From positions 2,480,001 through 2,544,000 of the forward strand of contig OZ037765.1 in NCBI GenBank assembly GCA_964035545.1: DNA of 64,000 nucleotides, read 5' to 3'. Origin of the DNA: Bugula neritina (Eukaryota; Animalia; Bryozoa). Numbering within the stretch: the stretch's first letter is position 1; every line of letters starts with the position of its first letter. Below the pieces are notes generated by a model. That model ran no database searches. It saw only the letters and a program-made list of their open reading frames with translations, and was not told where the DNA came from. Below are positions 26,801 to 55,129 of the stretch, one piece after another. The position numbers and the translations under genes are program-made.

Positions 26801-28756
26801 GAAAACCGGTGCTAAGAATCTCACTAGTAATCTCTATCAAACAATTGAGTATCTATGCATTATCTATATATAGAATTATGTTAACTACTTAAAACATAAA
26901 ATAACTTACAACTTACAATCTATAAATAGAACATAAATACTGCATATCCCAGAATGCCTTGCACAGGAAGACTCATACCTGAACCTCCAGTTTAGTTCTG
27001 GCGTCAACAGGCACTTGCTCACAGAGGGTGGACAACTCTAAGGCATACTGCTCGGCTTTCCTCAGTTTATTCAGCATGTGGTATCTCTTCCGGGGGTCTT
27101 CTACAGAGAGGGAAGCAGAAACTCTCGAGTTTGTCAGAAAATGAAAGGAATTCAGATTCGGACAACTTAGAACACAGCCTGAACTAGTGCAGTATAAACC
27201 TACCCTGTTCAATAGCTTCCCTTTTCAACTGCATAGCATAACTCCAGCATCTTTCAGCCTCCACCAGTGGAATGTAAAGGCATCTGTAACAGAACAAAGC
27301 TGATTATTATTCATTAGCTGAGAACACAACGTATCACTTTCTCAGAGAAAAACTTACAGAATTTTATAAGCGGAATAATTTATGAGAAAAGGAGACAACA
27401 ACTCGATGAACATTAAAATATTAAAAATATTTCCACCAGCTACCTTTCACTTATATTTATATATTTCCAAAAACAACAGAGTATTGCCAAAAGAATAACA
27501 GTTTACACGTCTTTCGAAACTGCTATAGATAAGTCAGGCACATACCTTACATCTTTAATTTGGTCAGCAACTAAACGCTTCTGAACAAACCGCTGCCTGA
27601 CACCTTGAACCAAGTTGACACATTTCCTAATTCTCCTGAGGCGTCTGCTGCAGTAACTCCTATATCTCTGATAGTCCTCGTGACGGAGGCCATGTTGTAG
27701 CTGCGACTCTTTTATGACCGATAGGACTACAAGTAATACAGTAGTTCACAGCTCTATCTGATGATAATCATAATGATTGACGACAACTTATTGTAGAAAA
27801 TGTCACGCAAAAAACATCAGCATGTATTTTGTACAAAAATAAATACTTCATTAATGTGATGATGAAGAATGAATTTAGTCTAAAATTAACATAAAACAGA
27901 AATCTAATAGTTTACTAATAGTAATAGCGTGACATTTACAATAAAATTGCCATTTATTAAAGATAATCTCAAGTTTTAGTTTAAGTTACAACTCCAAACT
28001 ATACTTGCTAGTAATAGCTGCTATCATCATTATAATCATCACTATTAGTATTGCTAATAGTAATATAAAATCAAATTAAATTTATAATTATTTGACATTT
28101 TGAAACATAATTCAAATTATGACTATTACTATTATTATTACTATTAGTATTAGTATAAGTATTACTATTACTATTAGTTATGGTTCAAAACCATAAGTGA
28201 TAAGACTTACTCCAAGAGTAAGATTAACTTCAAGTTTAAGTCCATAACCAATAATAAATAGTGAATCACTGAATAATAATTTTAAATATAATAAATAATA
28301 AACCATCTCCATGGCCCATGGGCATCACCAGCCTCAGGGTATGTCCATGGTGATAGTTATACTTATAGTCATAGTGGTTGCCCGTTGCTCATTGCCGTAA
28401 GGCGTAAACGGTAAAGTAATTGCCCATGCCCATTGTCATTGTGAGTTTCCATTGGCATTACGCTAAAGCTTGGCCATTGGAGTTGGTGTTGGATTTGGAC
28501 TTCAACAGTTCAAGTTCAACTTGAGCTTCAGGTTCAACACTAACAGTAACAGACCTCCAGGCTCCAAGTCCAAGAGTCAAATGAGTTAGTTTTACTTTCA
28601 AGATTTAATAAATACTTCAAGTCAAATGCCAACGTAGAACTAATAGCAGTTACCTTCTATAGAAAATAAATTATCATCTTTCACTTCTTCATTTTCAGCA
28701 ACATCAGTATCATCTAGACTAGCTTTTGGATGACTTTCGGGCTCATCGGCCATCAT
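23809..28756 (-). CDS. SRP68: Signal recognition particle subunit SRP68 (multi-exon)
   Basis: Exons approximately 28756-28654, 27726-27546, 27283-27204, 27100-26979, 26650-26475, 26072-25892, 25787-25634, 25544-25399, 25256-25086, 24978-24856, 24450-24312, 24045-23809. Motifs: ESQLQHGLRHEDYQRYRSYCSRRLRRIR, AERCWSYAMQLK, RTKLEVQAY, PIPCKPLFYDLA and GISGYFKTWWG. The start could be 28756 or 28753. Confidence 0.95.
26077..26165. repeat. 30-bp tandem repeat x3 abutting an SRP68 acceptor
   Basis: AGAATAGGTATAACTATAAGGTG at 30-bp spacing. It duplicates the intron end next to the acceptor at ~26073. Confidence 0.85.
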
Positions 28757-29084
28757 AAAAAAATCCCACACTCTGACTCTCTATAGAAAGAGAAATAAAA
28801 AAGCAATACACAGCGCTCCAACAGGCTTCACGAATCACACGTTTTACTGCCACATCACTCTATGTAGCATGTTTAGTACCCGGCGCTTAAGAAGCACGAT
28901 ATACAATCGATACAGCGGTTCATTTGACCATCGTAAAAATTTCAAGGTCGGCGCAGCTCCCGCGATTCACATTTGTGATCAGCTGGAATCGTTTTGATTC
29001 ACATGCCTGAAAGTTATTGTTGGAAAGGTTTCTGTGAGTTATTGAAATTAGCCAGATTAATTCCCTCCTGTGTGTTCATTCATT
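28757..29084. promoter_or_regulatory. Compact bidirectional promoter of SRP68 and SPT16
   Basis: Only 328 bp separate the two divergent start codons. The region is CpG-richer than its flanks, with a DRE-like ATCGATA at 28906-28912. Confidence 0.7.
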
Positions 29085-43092
<14,008 letters not shown>

Positions 43093-45191
43093 ACTTAGCT
43101 GTACATATTACTAGGTCTTGCATATTATGCTTACGTTATAGAACAAAATAGCTCTGTGTACAATACATTTTATTATTTTTTGTAGTGTTGATATCTGAGA
43201 CATTTTACATCTTTTTTTCATAAAACGGAATTGTGTTTAAGCTGACATTATCCGCCATTTTGTTTGCATTATGGTAACATTTTGCATTTTTATAAATAAA
43301 TTGGTATGTAGCTCATCTCTGTCCACATTTGTATATTGACATAGAAGTGAATGGATATGGACACCTGTGCTAATGAGATACACTTCAGTCAACCTCGAAA
43401 ATCAATTCTCAGACAACTGTTACAGTTATTCAGTTTCTAGAATCAATCGGGTGATTCTATTCTTAGTCCTATGAAACTGTAGGCTCACTCTACAAACAAA
43501 TTATTGGTAGTAAACTTTATGCAATTGCAACTGCTTATTGAGGAGTTGTGGCACCAATTACTCATTTGTAACTTAGTGTGTTTTAAATATTCAAGATGTT
43601 CAGGTCTTTTAGCAATACTCTTCGACACAACTGTCTCACAATAAGCCAGAACCTTCATTGTAGCTAGAGAGCTGTAACTACTCTACTTGCAGCACTCAGT
43701 TCAGCTGAGTTCAATTAAACCTAATAAAGAGGACAACTCTAAACCTTTAAAGCTTTTACAGTTGCATTATGACCTATTTAATAAGCAATACCCAACTTTA
43801 AGCTTAGCCTAGAGGAAATGCTAGGCATCAACAAATTGCTGTTGGCAAACAAGCTTCTGAGTCAGAAACAGGATGCTGCCTTGACTGAAAGTCAGCTCTG
43901 AGAAAGAAACTTTAAAAGAGGATTGGTCGATGTAAAGTAAGAGGAAACTGACCTGAGCATCTATCATATCTTAGTCTGGCTAGGAAATTAATTGCCTGCA
44001 TGTTGAATAACTACTGTATGATACAATGAATAAAGTGAAAATTGTTCTGTGTTGAAATTAGTTTGAATAATTCATAATAGTGTCTTTGAAGCATGTGCAG
44101 AAGTAAACCATTCACATAAATCTTGGCTATCAGCTAAATAGAAGTTCAGGAAAATACATATATGACATGTCAGGGATTATTTAATCTATTATCAATAATC
44201 ACATGACACTATTTTATGTAACTTCTTGCTAAATGAAACATTCAATTTTGTGGTGTTGGCACCTATATGGGCTTGAACACAGAGAGGTCACAGGGAGGTT
44301 ACAGTAAAGTCATATGAAGGTCGTTAAGAGGCCATAGAAGGGTCACTGAGAGGCTATGGTTTTGGTAAATTGACAATTATATTTAAAAGTTGTATTTCAT
44401 ATTCTCATTGAGCATGCAGTTATTAATAAGTTACACACTTATAAAAAGGATACACTCAGGTAGCACAAGCTCAACAAAATTTTACTGACTATTCTAATAA
44501 TTTGATAATATAGGCTTAGTATCTGCTTTGCTTTTTGATTATTTTAATTTAAGTGCATTCATTTATGAAAATGGTTAAGTTAATAGTATCATTAGGTGGT
44601 TCAGTAAAACAGAAATCTATTGGTATCAAAAAATAAATCTCTAAAAATATTGTTAGTATAAAAATCAAGCATCCACGAAAACTGTCTGAAAATAAAAATC
44701 ATGTTACAAAATAGTATTTTACATGGTATTAAAGATGGAGGAGCTGTCTATTAGCTGTGTTACCTGTTAAGAGATTTATAATAGGGGAATGTAATGACAG
44801 GTGACTTGCTAGACAGTATTTTTTTGCTGTCTATTTCTGTCACTCATAGTTGCTGGTTTTGTAGTAGAGGCAGCAATTATACATATCAAAAAATAAATGA
44901 AATGATTAACACAAGCAAAGGAAACTATGGCTAAAAACTAAATTATGGCGCAAAATCAGAAATTAGAAAAGCAATTTAGATTAGGTATAATAAAAAGTTT
45001 ATAAACTAGTAACGCAGTTTGAAGCCATAAAATTAATATTTGTGTATTATAGTATAATCAAAACTTGATCATTTTCCAATCAGCTAGAACTTAACATTAT
45101 ATGAATATTTGAGGAATCGAAATTTGATCACTTAAAGATTGCAAGTTTGCAGTTATAATCAGCTTGCAGGGAATCTTTGCCGATGAATTGT

Positions 45192-48100
45192 TCACACTCG
45201 CAGGTGACGCTTGTGGTGTACTCTAGCCCAGCACCCGATTACATAATCTTCAATTCCACATTCATTTGTTCCTCTCCTTATTTTAAACATTCCATTTTCT
45301 CCCCACTTGCTGCCCCAGGAGTTGACGCACAGCTGCACGTACAGAGAAAAGAAATTGCATTCAGAGAGACTTTTGATAATATATATAGTGGTGTTGACCG
45401 TGCTTATAATATAGCAAAATAATATATTATAGAGATTAGATTTGTTGCTAAAATACCGAGACTTGAACAAGTAATTTTGATAAAATTTTGCTCCAATGTT
45501 TTTGTGGTTGTTTACCATTTACAAATTCACAATACTAGACACTCATTAACACAAGGAAGATGCAATGTCTATATGATCTTTTATTTTAAATAATCCAACA
45601 GAGTTCTGACTTTCCAATTTTGTTTATGACTACTTATTATAGCCAGTATTCACACTGAATTTCAGAACATCTTTTCATGTCTGTGATATGTAATAACTCA
45701 ATCAATCAATATGGATAACTATTCACTCACCCAGTATTTCTGTCCATTTTCTTCTCCCCAGCCGATAATTTTAACTGAATGATACCCTTGATATTCATCA
45801 GTTTGAGCGAGTCTAGTTGAAGCGTATATGCCACTTTTATACACGAAGAAATCAGGCTTCACCTATAAATCCATTACATAAAAATACAATTCAACAGAAT
45901 ATCTCACACCATGTATAGCTGCTAAGATTAAACTAAAATGTTAATATATAAGATTTATATAATTTTTTATAGACTACATATATGTACATATAAGAAAAAC
46001 GTACTTATGTTGTTATAGGAAAATAACAAACACTGATAATTTTTTAAAGTCCTGTTTGTGATTATTTATTATAATATGGATGAGATGCCTGATTTATAAT
46101 TAAATCATTTATCATATAAAATGCAGTGTTGACTTTATTCCAATAAGTAGGAGGAGCTTACAGTAAAACAACTGTTCATTATTGGAGGTAAAATAAACTA
46201 ATCACATGTCATCTTGAAAAATTTGCTTGCAGTACCTTTCAAGCTTATGAGAAAACGCTATCATTTTATTTCAAAATGAAAATATAATTTTTAAAATTCT
46301 TCAACTGACTATAAATTAATTTCTTAGTTGGCAATTTATTGATTATTGACTGATTATTGATTGGTTATTAGTCCTGCATAAAACACTGACCGTCATAGTG
46401 CTCTGTACTGGCCCGTACGCCATAATTTCCTGTTTTATAGCACACTCTGAGCTGTTGACTCTGTACGCTGAAGCCATCTTCTGAGCATTTGGCAGACTGC
46501 CATCTGCACATCTTATAGTGTTTCTACAGCACTCTTTCTGCAAACTCTGACCACTGATATAAGGATAGCAGCTGGCACTCACAACCCTACAGCATACAAG
46601 ATGCATGACTAGCATTCAGATAGCACAACTTTATCATTAAAGAAATATCGTTATCATTATGCGAACAAGGATAAATACCACCAGAATGTCTTGAATTGAC
46701 AATTTTATATATTCTTGTCTCTTTGAATCCCAAAAAGCTTTGCAGATTGATAGAAGATGCTCGAGTAAAGTTCATATTAACGTAACGTCGAAAGCTTCAA
46801 ACTACAGTGCCTGCAGTATTTACTAGTATTTGCATGTTGTAAATTACAGCTAGTTTTCATATTACTGTATTTACCCTTGTTTCTTCAACCACCACCAAGC
46901 GTCTTCCAGCCGCCCCCCTTCACATGCGTTAGAAGAACTGACAAAGTTGCTGCAGGAAAGCATCTGCTGCACTGAGAGATCTGCATTGTACGTTCCGTCT
47001 GATAGGATGCTTAGCCTGTCAGCTGCAACTCCTAACCAATGGAAACACAGATAACAAAAATCTTATTACATTTCTCTTTCTTCTTTTGCTTTGACAGTTT
47101 CCATTTAGTTGGATATCCTTAGTAGTAGGTTTATAGACGTTATTATATAGGGCTGACGAATGCGGAGATATCAAAATGATTGAAATTATTATGTATACCA
47201 CTAAACATATTTCACAGCAATAATAATAAATGTTAATAGAAAAACTCTTTTGTTGAAGTGTTAGGTCTGTGGGACATAAAAAGACAATTCTAAGCATTTT
47301 AGCCAAGAAAATAATTATAGTCTGACAAATTGAAAAACAAACATTTTCTAACTTGAATTCTTGAATAATTTAAGAAGACAACTCTGGCAGCTCACAGTTG
47401 ATGAGCAATTTACTATCAGCTTTCAATTATATAAGTTTCAATGACTTCCATCACTTAGTTGAGAAACTAAATATACATACATTGGGATCATTCTACTTGA
47501 TGACGTAACATAACATTCACTGATAAAATCTTGGATACAGAACACTGAAATATTAGTATATAGCTGCCACACAGTGCATTCTAGAAATTACTGAGTACAA
47601 AGCCTTCTCAATATCAAGATATTGGAATACATGCTACTGGTATGCTAATAACTACAATGACAAAGTTATGATTCAAAAATTGTACATTTTTAGAACTCCT
47701 CAAATACAGAATACCTTAAGACTAAATTATGACCTAATCAGATAATATTATTACACTTTTCGTTGAGTCATTACAACGAAGATATTTAATCTACTGAACT
47801 CAAACAGCCTAATAGCAAGCATATAATATATATACTAATATACCTGCGGTTGAGAAAGCCCACGATGCACCGCACTTCCCTTGATCTGCTGCACCGTGAA
47901 TAAGTCCCGCCCACTTCGTTCTCGCGTCAAAGTATTTAAGATCGGTGTCACATTGGCTCTTAACGGAGGTTTGTGCCTTTACTTGATGCTTGGAAGGGAT
48001 TGTACCAAGGAAGTATTTTAGACCGTCTCTCAGCTTAATACCAGTAAACTGGTCATACTCACTCGCTTGGAAACTGCCAATAATATTTCATTTATAGAGT

Positions 48101-51100
48101 TTGAAAGTATTTTTCTCTTGTATGTTGCAAGTTTTTAAACTATTTAAGCAAACATTAACAATTTTAAATCTGTGGCGTTTTTGTATCAGACAGAAACCTT
48201 AAAAATAAAATACTTCTTGAAATAAGTTGATTATATCAATGACAGGATATCTGGTCATCACTATATAACTTTCAAGTTGAATGGAAAGGCTAAAGAATTA
48301 TTAATAAATTATAAAACTTATTCTAGATGTTATTCACGAATATTAACTATTTTTAAAATGAAATATGGCTGCCGTTGTGAGTTTTGTGTAATTGCTACTG
48401 CTTCTGCTGCTACTGCTACTGCTGCTGCTGCTACTGCTGCTGCTGCTACTGCATGTTATACAATTTCATACATTATTGATCAGTGTACAAACATTGCAAA
48501 TCTAGCATATTGTTTGCTGATTACAAAAATAATTATTTGCTTATTTGCACAGAGGGAGAGTGAGAACTTTTAACCTTAACTAATTATTCACCTTGGCTTC
48601 AGATAACCATCCTAACTTTGGTAATATAACACGAGATAATACAGGATACATTGTTTACTTATATGAAAGATTACATCTAGGCGCCTTGAGCGGAGTGCCT
48701 GTAGAGCTGCAACAATTCGCTATTTTATTTCTATTGTTATCAGCCTTCCACTAAGAAGATATGAATTAGCATAATTTCTCAGCCCTACATTGCTATTTTG
48801 CGTCTTTGGGCTTTCAAACATTTGCTACAAAAGAGTAACTGCAGAGTTGAAAATTAGCGACAAGGACGTAGTCGCCATTTGCATTCCGACAATGATGTAA
48901 TCTCGCAACTACAGACTTATGTGGAGTAGGATTAGTCGTCCTTGTAGAGTTTAGTTACACAAGTTTTCATGTAATCGCTCCAGTAGTTGTACACATCAAA
49001 GGGAAAGTGATATATCAACTGTAGCTATTCTTGTAACTGTGGCGACTACATAATATGCTTTTCTGTCTCAATAATATAATATCTCTACAGAACTCTTATA
49101 GTCACTTTCAATGCAACAACACATCTCGGATGAAAATATTTCAGACTAACAAACAAAAAGAAAACACGATCTATAATTTCACTCGGCCACAGTTAAATTG
49201 TCATGTTATATGATGCTGGAGAAATAGTTCAGAGAATTGATTGTTATTTGTCAATGAGAATTGAAATTGTACCCCCACCTTACTGCATAGCCAATAGCCA
49301 CCTCAATGTATATGTTGTGGAGAAGCAATACAATCGTGCAACTGTTCAAAATTGTATTGAATCTAAACAATTGTAAAATATGCTTTTTGCTTTTGCCAAA
49401 TTATAGTGAATCAACTCAAGATACTTGTTTCAACTTTATTAGTGACATTTTAAAGCTGCATTGTATGCCATGTAAAATTTATTTTGGTCTTGACAACACA
49501 AATCCTATCTATTGGACAGAAACACCCTAGAAAATTGTTGAGTTCTTAGTTTTAGATTTTAAGGGTCCTATCTTACCCAGCCCTTGTTGTGTCACTAAAA
49601 AGCCGAAGATAAATATGTGTATTCATTTCACAATACAGCATGGCTGTAGTCGCTAACAAATGTATGTATTTTATGTCAATTTAAATAATATTATGGTAAC
49701 CGTGTAAATTAAGTTTATTCATTTTTGTCTACTGGCTGTCATAGAAAGTCAAAAACAGATAAAACTAACAGAAATACTTCTAACCAACAGCCTGAACGCT
49801 AAGTTATTATTCACTGCGTACCTATTGGTCAATGATGTCTACTAACCTATATTGTCTTTGGTTGATGTCCCTGATTAGATCAATGTCATTTATGCAGGGG
49901 TCATTGCTGCATTGCCATTTGTATCTGGTCCGAAGCTCTGACAGTATGAACGGTTCATATACACAGGTGCTACAAGATGTAAATAATGTAACAACTTCTT
50001 GTTTTGCACAGTATAACATCTGTAGGAGAGAGTATTGAATATGACACCGTGCTATGGCAGCTGAGGGTTTTCCAAAGTAACAATTCTCTGAGATTTTCAA
50101 CTTGTCTATTTGAAAGTTAAATTTATATTATCTAAAACTTCTTAGTATATTCTTATGAATTTATAAATGTAAAAAGTTGTATTTGATAATTGTGCGAGTA
50201 CTAGAGCATGTTTTAGAAGTAGGTACACTAATTTAGAAAAAAAATCTCAAGTCTTTTAATTTGATTTGTATAAAATTGTTTTCACTCAAAACAAACTACT
50301 TAAATGCAAACTCATTATTCTGGATAAGTGTTCAGCAATATACTATCTATTAAACACTGTCCAGCTTTAACCTGAACATCCTAAAGAGTTAAAGAGCTAG
50401 ATTAAACAATTTAAAACTTGCAGGTTTACCATTCATTACAGCCTCTGTTACACTTTTCCCCTGGTAGGTTACACTCGTCTGTAATAGAATAGAAGAAATC
50501 AAATAGGCAGCATCAGGGCTGTGTTGAAACCCATTCAATTAGAGGAAATTATTGCAAAGAGAAAATTAATTTAGATATTCATAATTATAACATATTATAT
50601 ATAATTGCTGGAGTTGTGTTGTCTTTACAAACACATTAAACTATATTAGCTCTCATATCAGCTGCATGCTTTGATTTTGCAAGAAAGACTGTTTGCAAAA
50701 TGATTTTTGATATAAATGCAAAGGGGGGGGGGGGGGGGAGAAGAGGGGCATAGCATTGAATAATTTCTATAAAAGGTGAAATTCAAATAGCTTGCTTAGA
50801 TTGTTTGTAAGGTAAAGTAGCGTTTATTTTGGTTGCAAAGCAAACATGACTTGACTGGAGGCAATAAACTCAACTAAAATAACTTCAGGTTAATTTAGTC
50901 TGAGGTATGCAGAGTAATATTCCTGTGTTTTATGTCAATACCAGTAGTTAGCTATCATTATATCACATTTCCACACCATTTCACAATGCAGTCTTAGAAC
51001 ACTAATACAGTGCCCTTTGTCGTAACTATGTGTACAATGCGCTATATTTACATAACATCTAACTGGTTTATGAAAAGGATCTGTAGTCATAAGTGGCCTA

Positions 51101-54100
51101 TTCTAGAAATAATACGAGATGCATTAACTAGCTAATGGCTTACATAACTTGATTACATGTTGCTTTCCCTATCTGAGATGAGATCAGCTGATAGCTAAGA
51201 AAATATGTGATATAATTAGACCATAAGTACAAGGTAACAAGGCAGCTTGGCCCTGTGCCAAATATACATAGCCTAGATTCCTGATACGCAGTAGAGTTTG
51301 AAAAGGAGTACAGACCTTAGGTTAAGGTATAACAGGAACTTGATACGCAGGTTCATAGATAATACTTTCACTGACAAGTCGGTATCTAGCGCCTGCATTC
51401 TTTGCATGCTGTCAATTATGTAATTTATGCAAAGGTGTTGCTTAGAATTTTTGATGTTTCACAATTTGAAATATTTAAGGAAAGATAAGGCAAGGGCATA
51501 AAGTAAGTTTATTGAAAGGATTGTAGATGTCATTGGAATGATTGTAGATGTCATATTGTGATTATAATCTATAATTATGCTAGCGGAGATAGACACCAAA
51601 CTTGAAACAATAACCTATATTAAAACAAAAAGATAATAGCATGCCAGTCTGAAAACACTGGGACTTTGCACCAATTCTATATTAGCTCTTTTCTCAGTTA
51701 TTTGAAACTTTTTAACTATTTTATAGTTCTTTAAGCTTTGAAAATAAGCCTAAACTAACATTATATTAAAAAACTATATTTTTTGTAAGTAATCACCAGC
51801 AAAATATATTTTTTCATTTCAATTTATCCCAATTATTCACATGCATTTCAAATCAAATTATTATAAAAAAATTAATTGAATGTTGTTAGTAGTATTTTAA
51901 CATTAACTTATTATCTATAAACTTATATAAAGTAACTATTTAAATAATATTGTATTAAAACTATATTCTATGATTTACAATCAAGCAAAACTACCAAGCT
52001 ACTTTCAACTTGAACAAAAACGGTTTGATGTCTTTATTGCATTTCAGTTTTGTATTATTTAACACGGTGTCACTAATGCTACAATATGTTGCTATATAAC
52101 TCAACTGTAGCAAACATATATTTTAGCTAGATGAGAGTGCAAATGCACTAGTCAGAAGTAAGGTGTAAGAGCAGGTGCTTATAAAGAATTATTGGAAACT
52201 TCTAGAAGGAAGCAATCCTTTATTTTTGATTAATAGAAGGATAATTTAATTACTTCACCATTACATAATACAATGAGTTTAATATTTACTTTGTTTACAA
52301 TGTTGTCATGCTACACCAGAAATCTATTGGTTTTATTGCTCATATTTTGCTGCTGAACATATAGACAAATCTCGCTGGCTCTAGCCACTGTTCTAGCATT
52401 AACTCAACTTTCTTTTTATTCTGTCAGAATGTGTTAAAACTTACATAGAATGAAATATTAGGTGCAAAACTAAAACCCACTGAGTGAGTTACCAATTATT
52501 GTATCAGCCCATAGCTTTATTGCCCCTTGTTATAAATTATTTCAATTTTTAAATCATGTGCACCTGTGCACATTAGACTGGAATATGAAAAAGAAACAAT
52601 CGTAAAATTATAAAATATACTTTTCTAAGTGTTCATTCAGAATATTTACTTGTTAAATCTGTACAAAATTTATTCACCTGAGGAAGGTTTAGTAGCAGTA
52701 GTCTGAAAAACTGCTTCACGTGGCAAAACCTTAACACTGAGCTGGTTGTTTGAGAGTTTAAACCAATAGGACGATCGTAAGGTATACCCAAACGGTGAAA
52801 ATAAGTTACTATAAATGATTTTTATCGCAGAGTTGATAGAAGGACTTAAAATCTTTGCTAGCAAATATTATAAAGCTTATCAAAACAAATGTTTTGTTAA
52901 CAGAAATGATGGTGGCAGCAGTAATATGTCTATGAGTGGAGTTTTCAGCAAGTTGACTGATCAAACTTGAAAAGTTGCTGATACCGTGCTTAGCCAACAA
53001 ATCACATGTGATATTGCTTTATAGTGGGCCAATCATAGACAAGGTTGCTTTAAATCAGCAAATAAGATGTGATCACTATTACAAAGCAGCTTCTCAGCGA
53101 AAGCATTTGAATATAGTGAGTTGAACCTTGTTGAATTGTTTTAAAGTAAAATTAATTGTTAACTTTTCACCCAAAATAATTGCAGAGTTGAATTTCATAA
53201 TAAGCCTATAAACTTTAATTACAGGGTAGCTAAAGGGTATAGCATGTATAGCCATATACTCATATTATACCTTGTAGATTGATTACAAGATATTGCCCTT
53301 TCGAATTAGCAATACATGATTGAGATGGGGGTGGAGTTGAAGAAACTACAAGTAAGCAAGAAGCAATAATACCCATGCATAGTCAGCATGTAAATATTTA
53401 TTTAGCAAACTAGCTGACCTGGAAAATTTAAGGCATGTTAATAAGTGCAGAAATAAATTTCTATTAATATGACTAGCTGTTTATATAATATTACTTATTT
53501 ATATCGGAATGTTGACACACATACCACTAAACCAATGAGTCAGTGATTAGCATGTGTGAAGTGTAATGTAAGCCTGATATGATACATAATCAATACTTTA
53601 GATAAAACCATACCCTATATGGCCAGCAAGATATGATATCTCGCAGCAATGATATGTAGAGTTCAATACTCCAGCTAAGGTTTTATTATTTATTTTCAGT
53701 TTGGTTTATAAAATGTAACTGTACACATTTTCTACTCCCCAATCATTAAAAAAGCTTACAGAATCAACAGCACATTCACTAACTCAAATTCTAGAATGAA
53801 ACTAAATTTAAAAAAAGTATCTTTTGAATGATGTGCAGCCAATCGAAACCTCTGTTTATTTACTAATTCCTGTATAATATTTAGTCAAAGTTATTAATAA
53901 AGAAGCACTTTTATTCTATGTTTTAGCATAATTTATTGGCTAATTTTAAAGTTTTCGTTTCCCTAAACTAAACATTGAAGCACAACTGTAGTTTTGCAGC
54001 GCAAATAATAATTGATATTAAAACTACTGCTACTAATACTATACTAATACTGATACTATTACTAATACCAATAGGAATAATACTAATACTAATTCTAATA

Positions 54101-54496
54101 CTAACACTTTTAATCATAATAATAGAATTAAATATGATAACATTATATATACTAATATATTATAGACTTGGATGAGTTTTTTCAAGTAAGAGCTTCATGC
54201 TTACCAGTTGGCGGATCAGATTTTGATTTGTTACAGGTGAGAACGTAATCTGGGCAGCAATCAACCGGGAGATGTTGGTTGCAGAACTCGTCGCAGTAAC
54301 ACAAGGAACTTCCTGTACGGTCTCTTATGTCCATACTGCAGTCGTCTTTTCTGTCGGCGCAGCAGAGATCTCCCGACTGCTGTTTGCAATAGTTTCCAGA
54401 AAATCTTTCACGAGTGTAGACGTCACTAGTGTAAATGGCAGGAGTGGCAGCGGGTAAAACTACCATCAATATTAGGCAGGCAGCAGCAAACCTCAT
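45192..54496 (-). CDS. TINAGL1: Tubulointerstitial nephritis antigen-like / Swim-like secreted protein (SMB domain plus catalytically inactive cathepsin-B-like C1A domain)
   Basis: Exons approximately 54496-54205 (signal peptide plus SMB-type [23 protein letters not shown]), 50478-50430, 49969-49847, 48073-47844, 47031-46875, 46586-46391, 45862-45731, 45333-45192. The active-site region reads [12 protein letters not shown], with Ser in place of the catalytic Cys. HSVKIIGWG and [11 protein letters not shown] are present. Confidence 0.9.
48395..48455. repeat. (GCT)n microsatellite
   Basis: Directly visible in a TINAGL1 intron. Confidence 0.85.
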
Positions 54497-55129
54497 CTCT
54501 TCCTGCATATAATATGTGCAAAAATACTATCAATGTAGTAGAAAGGAAACATGTAAATTTTTATGTTTTTTACTTGCAATTATGACCAGTTTTTAGCTAA
54601 AGCTAGAGGTTTGGACATTTTAAAGAATGATTTGATAATAATTGTGTTTTGTTAACTTCATGTAAAAATTACTGCTTTACTTTAAAAAATAAAGCCAGCA
54701 ATATAGGACAATGAACTTGAAGCAATTGATATTACAAATGCATGCTATAGCACTTTACAGTGCACCATCTAAAACATTCATATATTTTCTAACATATCTT
54801 TTCTAACTAAAGCTGCGATTATCTACCATGATTTCTTTGTGCAATACGCACTTTCTCTTAGATATTTTGTTATGGTTAGAAATTTTATGATCAAAGGCCA
54901 AGCATTGCCAAAGAAATGAAAACTTTCATCATCATAATCATACTTTTTGTCTGTTATTTGTATATGTTTTAAACTTATAAGAAAAGCTAGACCAAACTAT
55001 TTTATAAAACATAACTTATTTTAGAAGCATAATGCATTTATCTTTAATAGTTTTTTTCTAATCATTTAAACAACCTGCTTTAACTAACAAAGCCGATCCT
55101 ATTTTACTTTATGTAAACAGTAAATATAC

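Noticed and set aside
54497-54508. ORF-track start ATG at 54508 for TINAGL1
   Set aside because: It lies in the intron just before the acceptor (ATGCAG|GAAGAG). The signal peptide begins at 54496.
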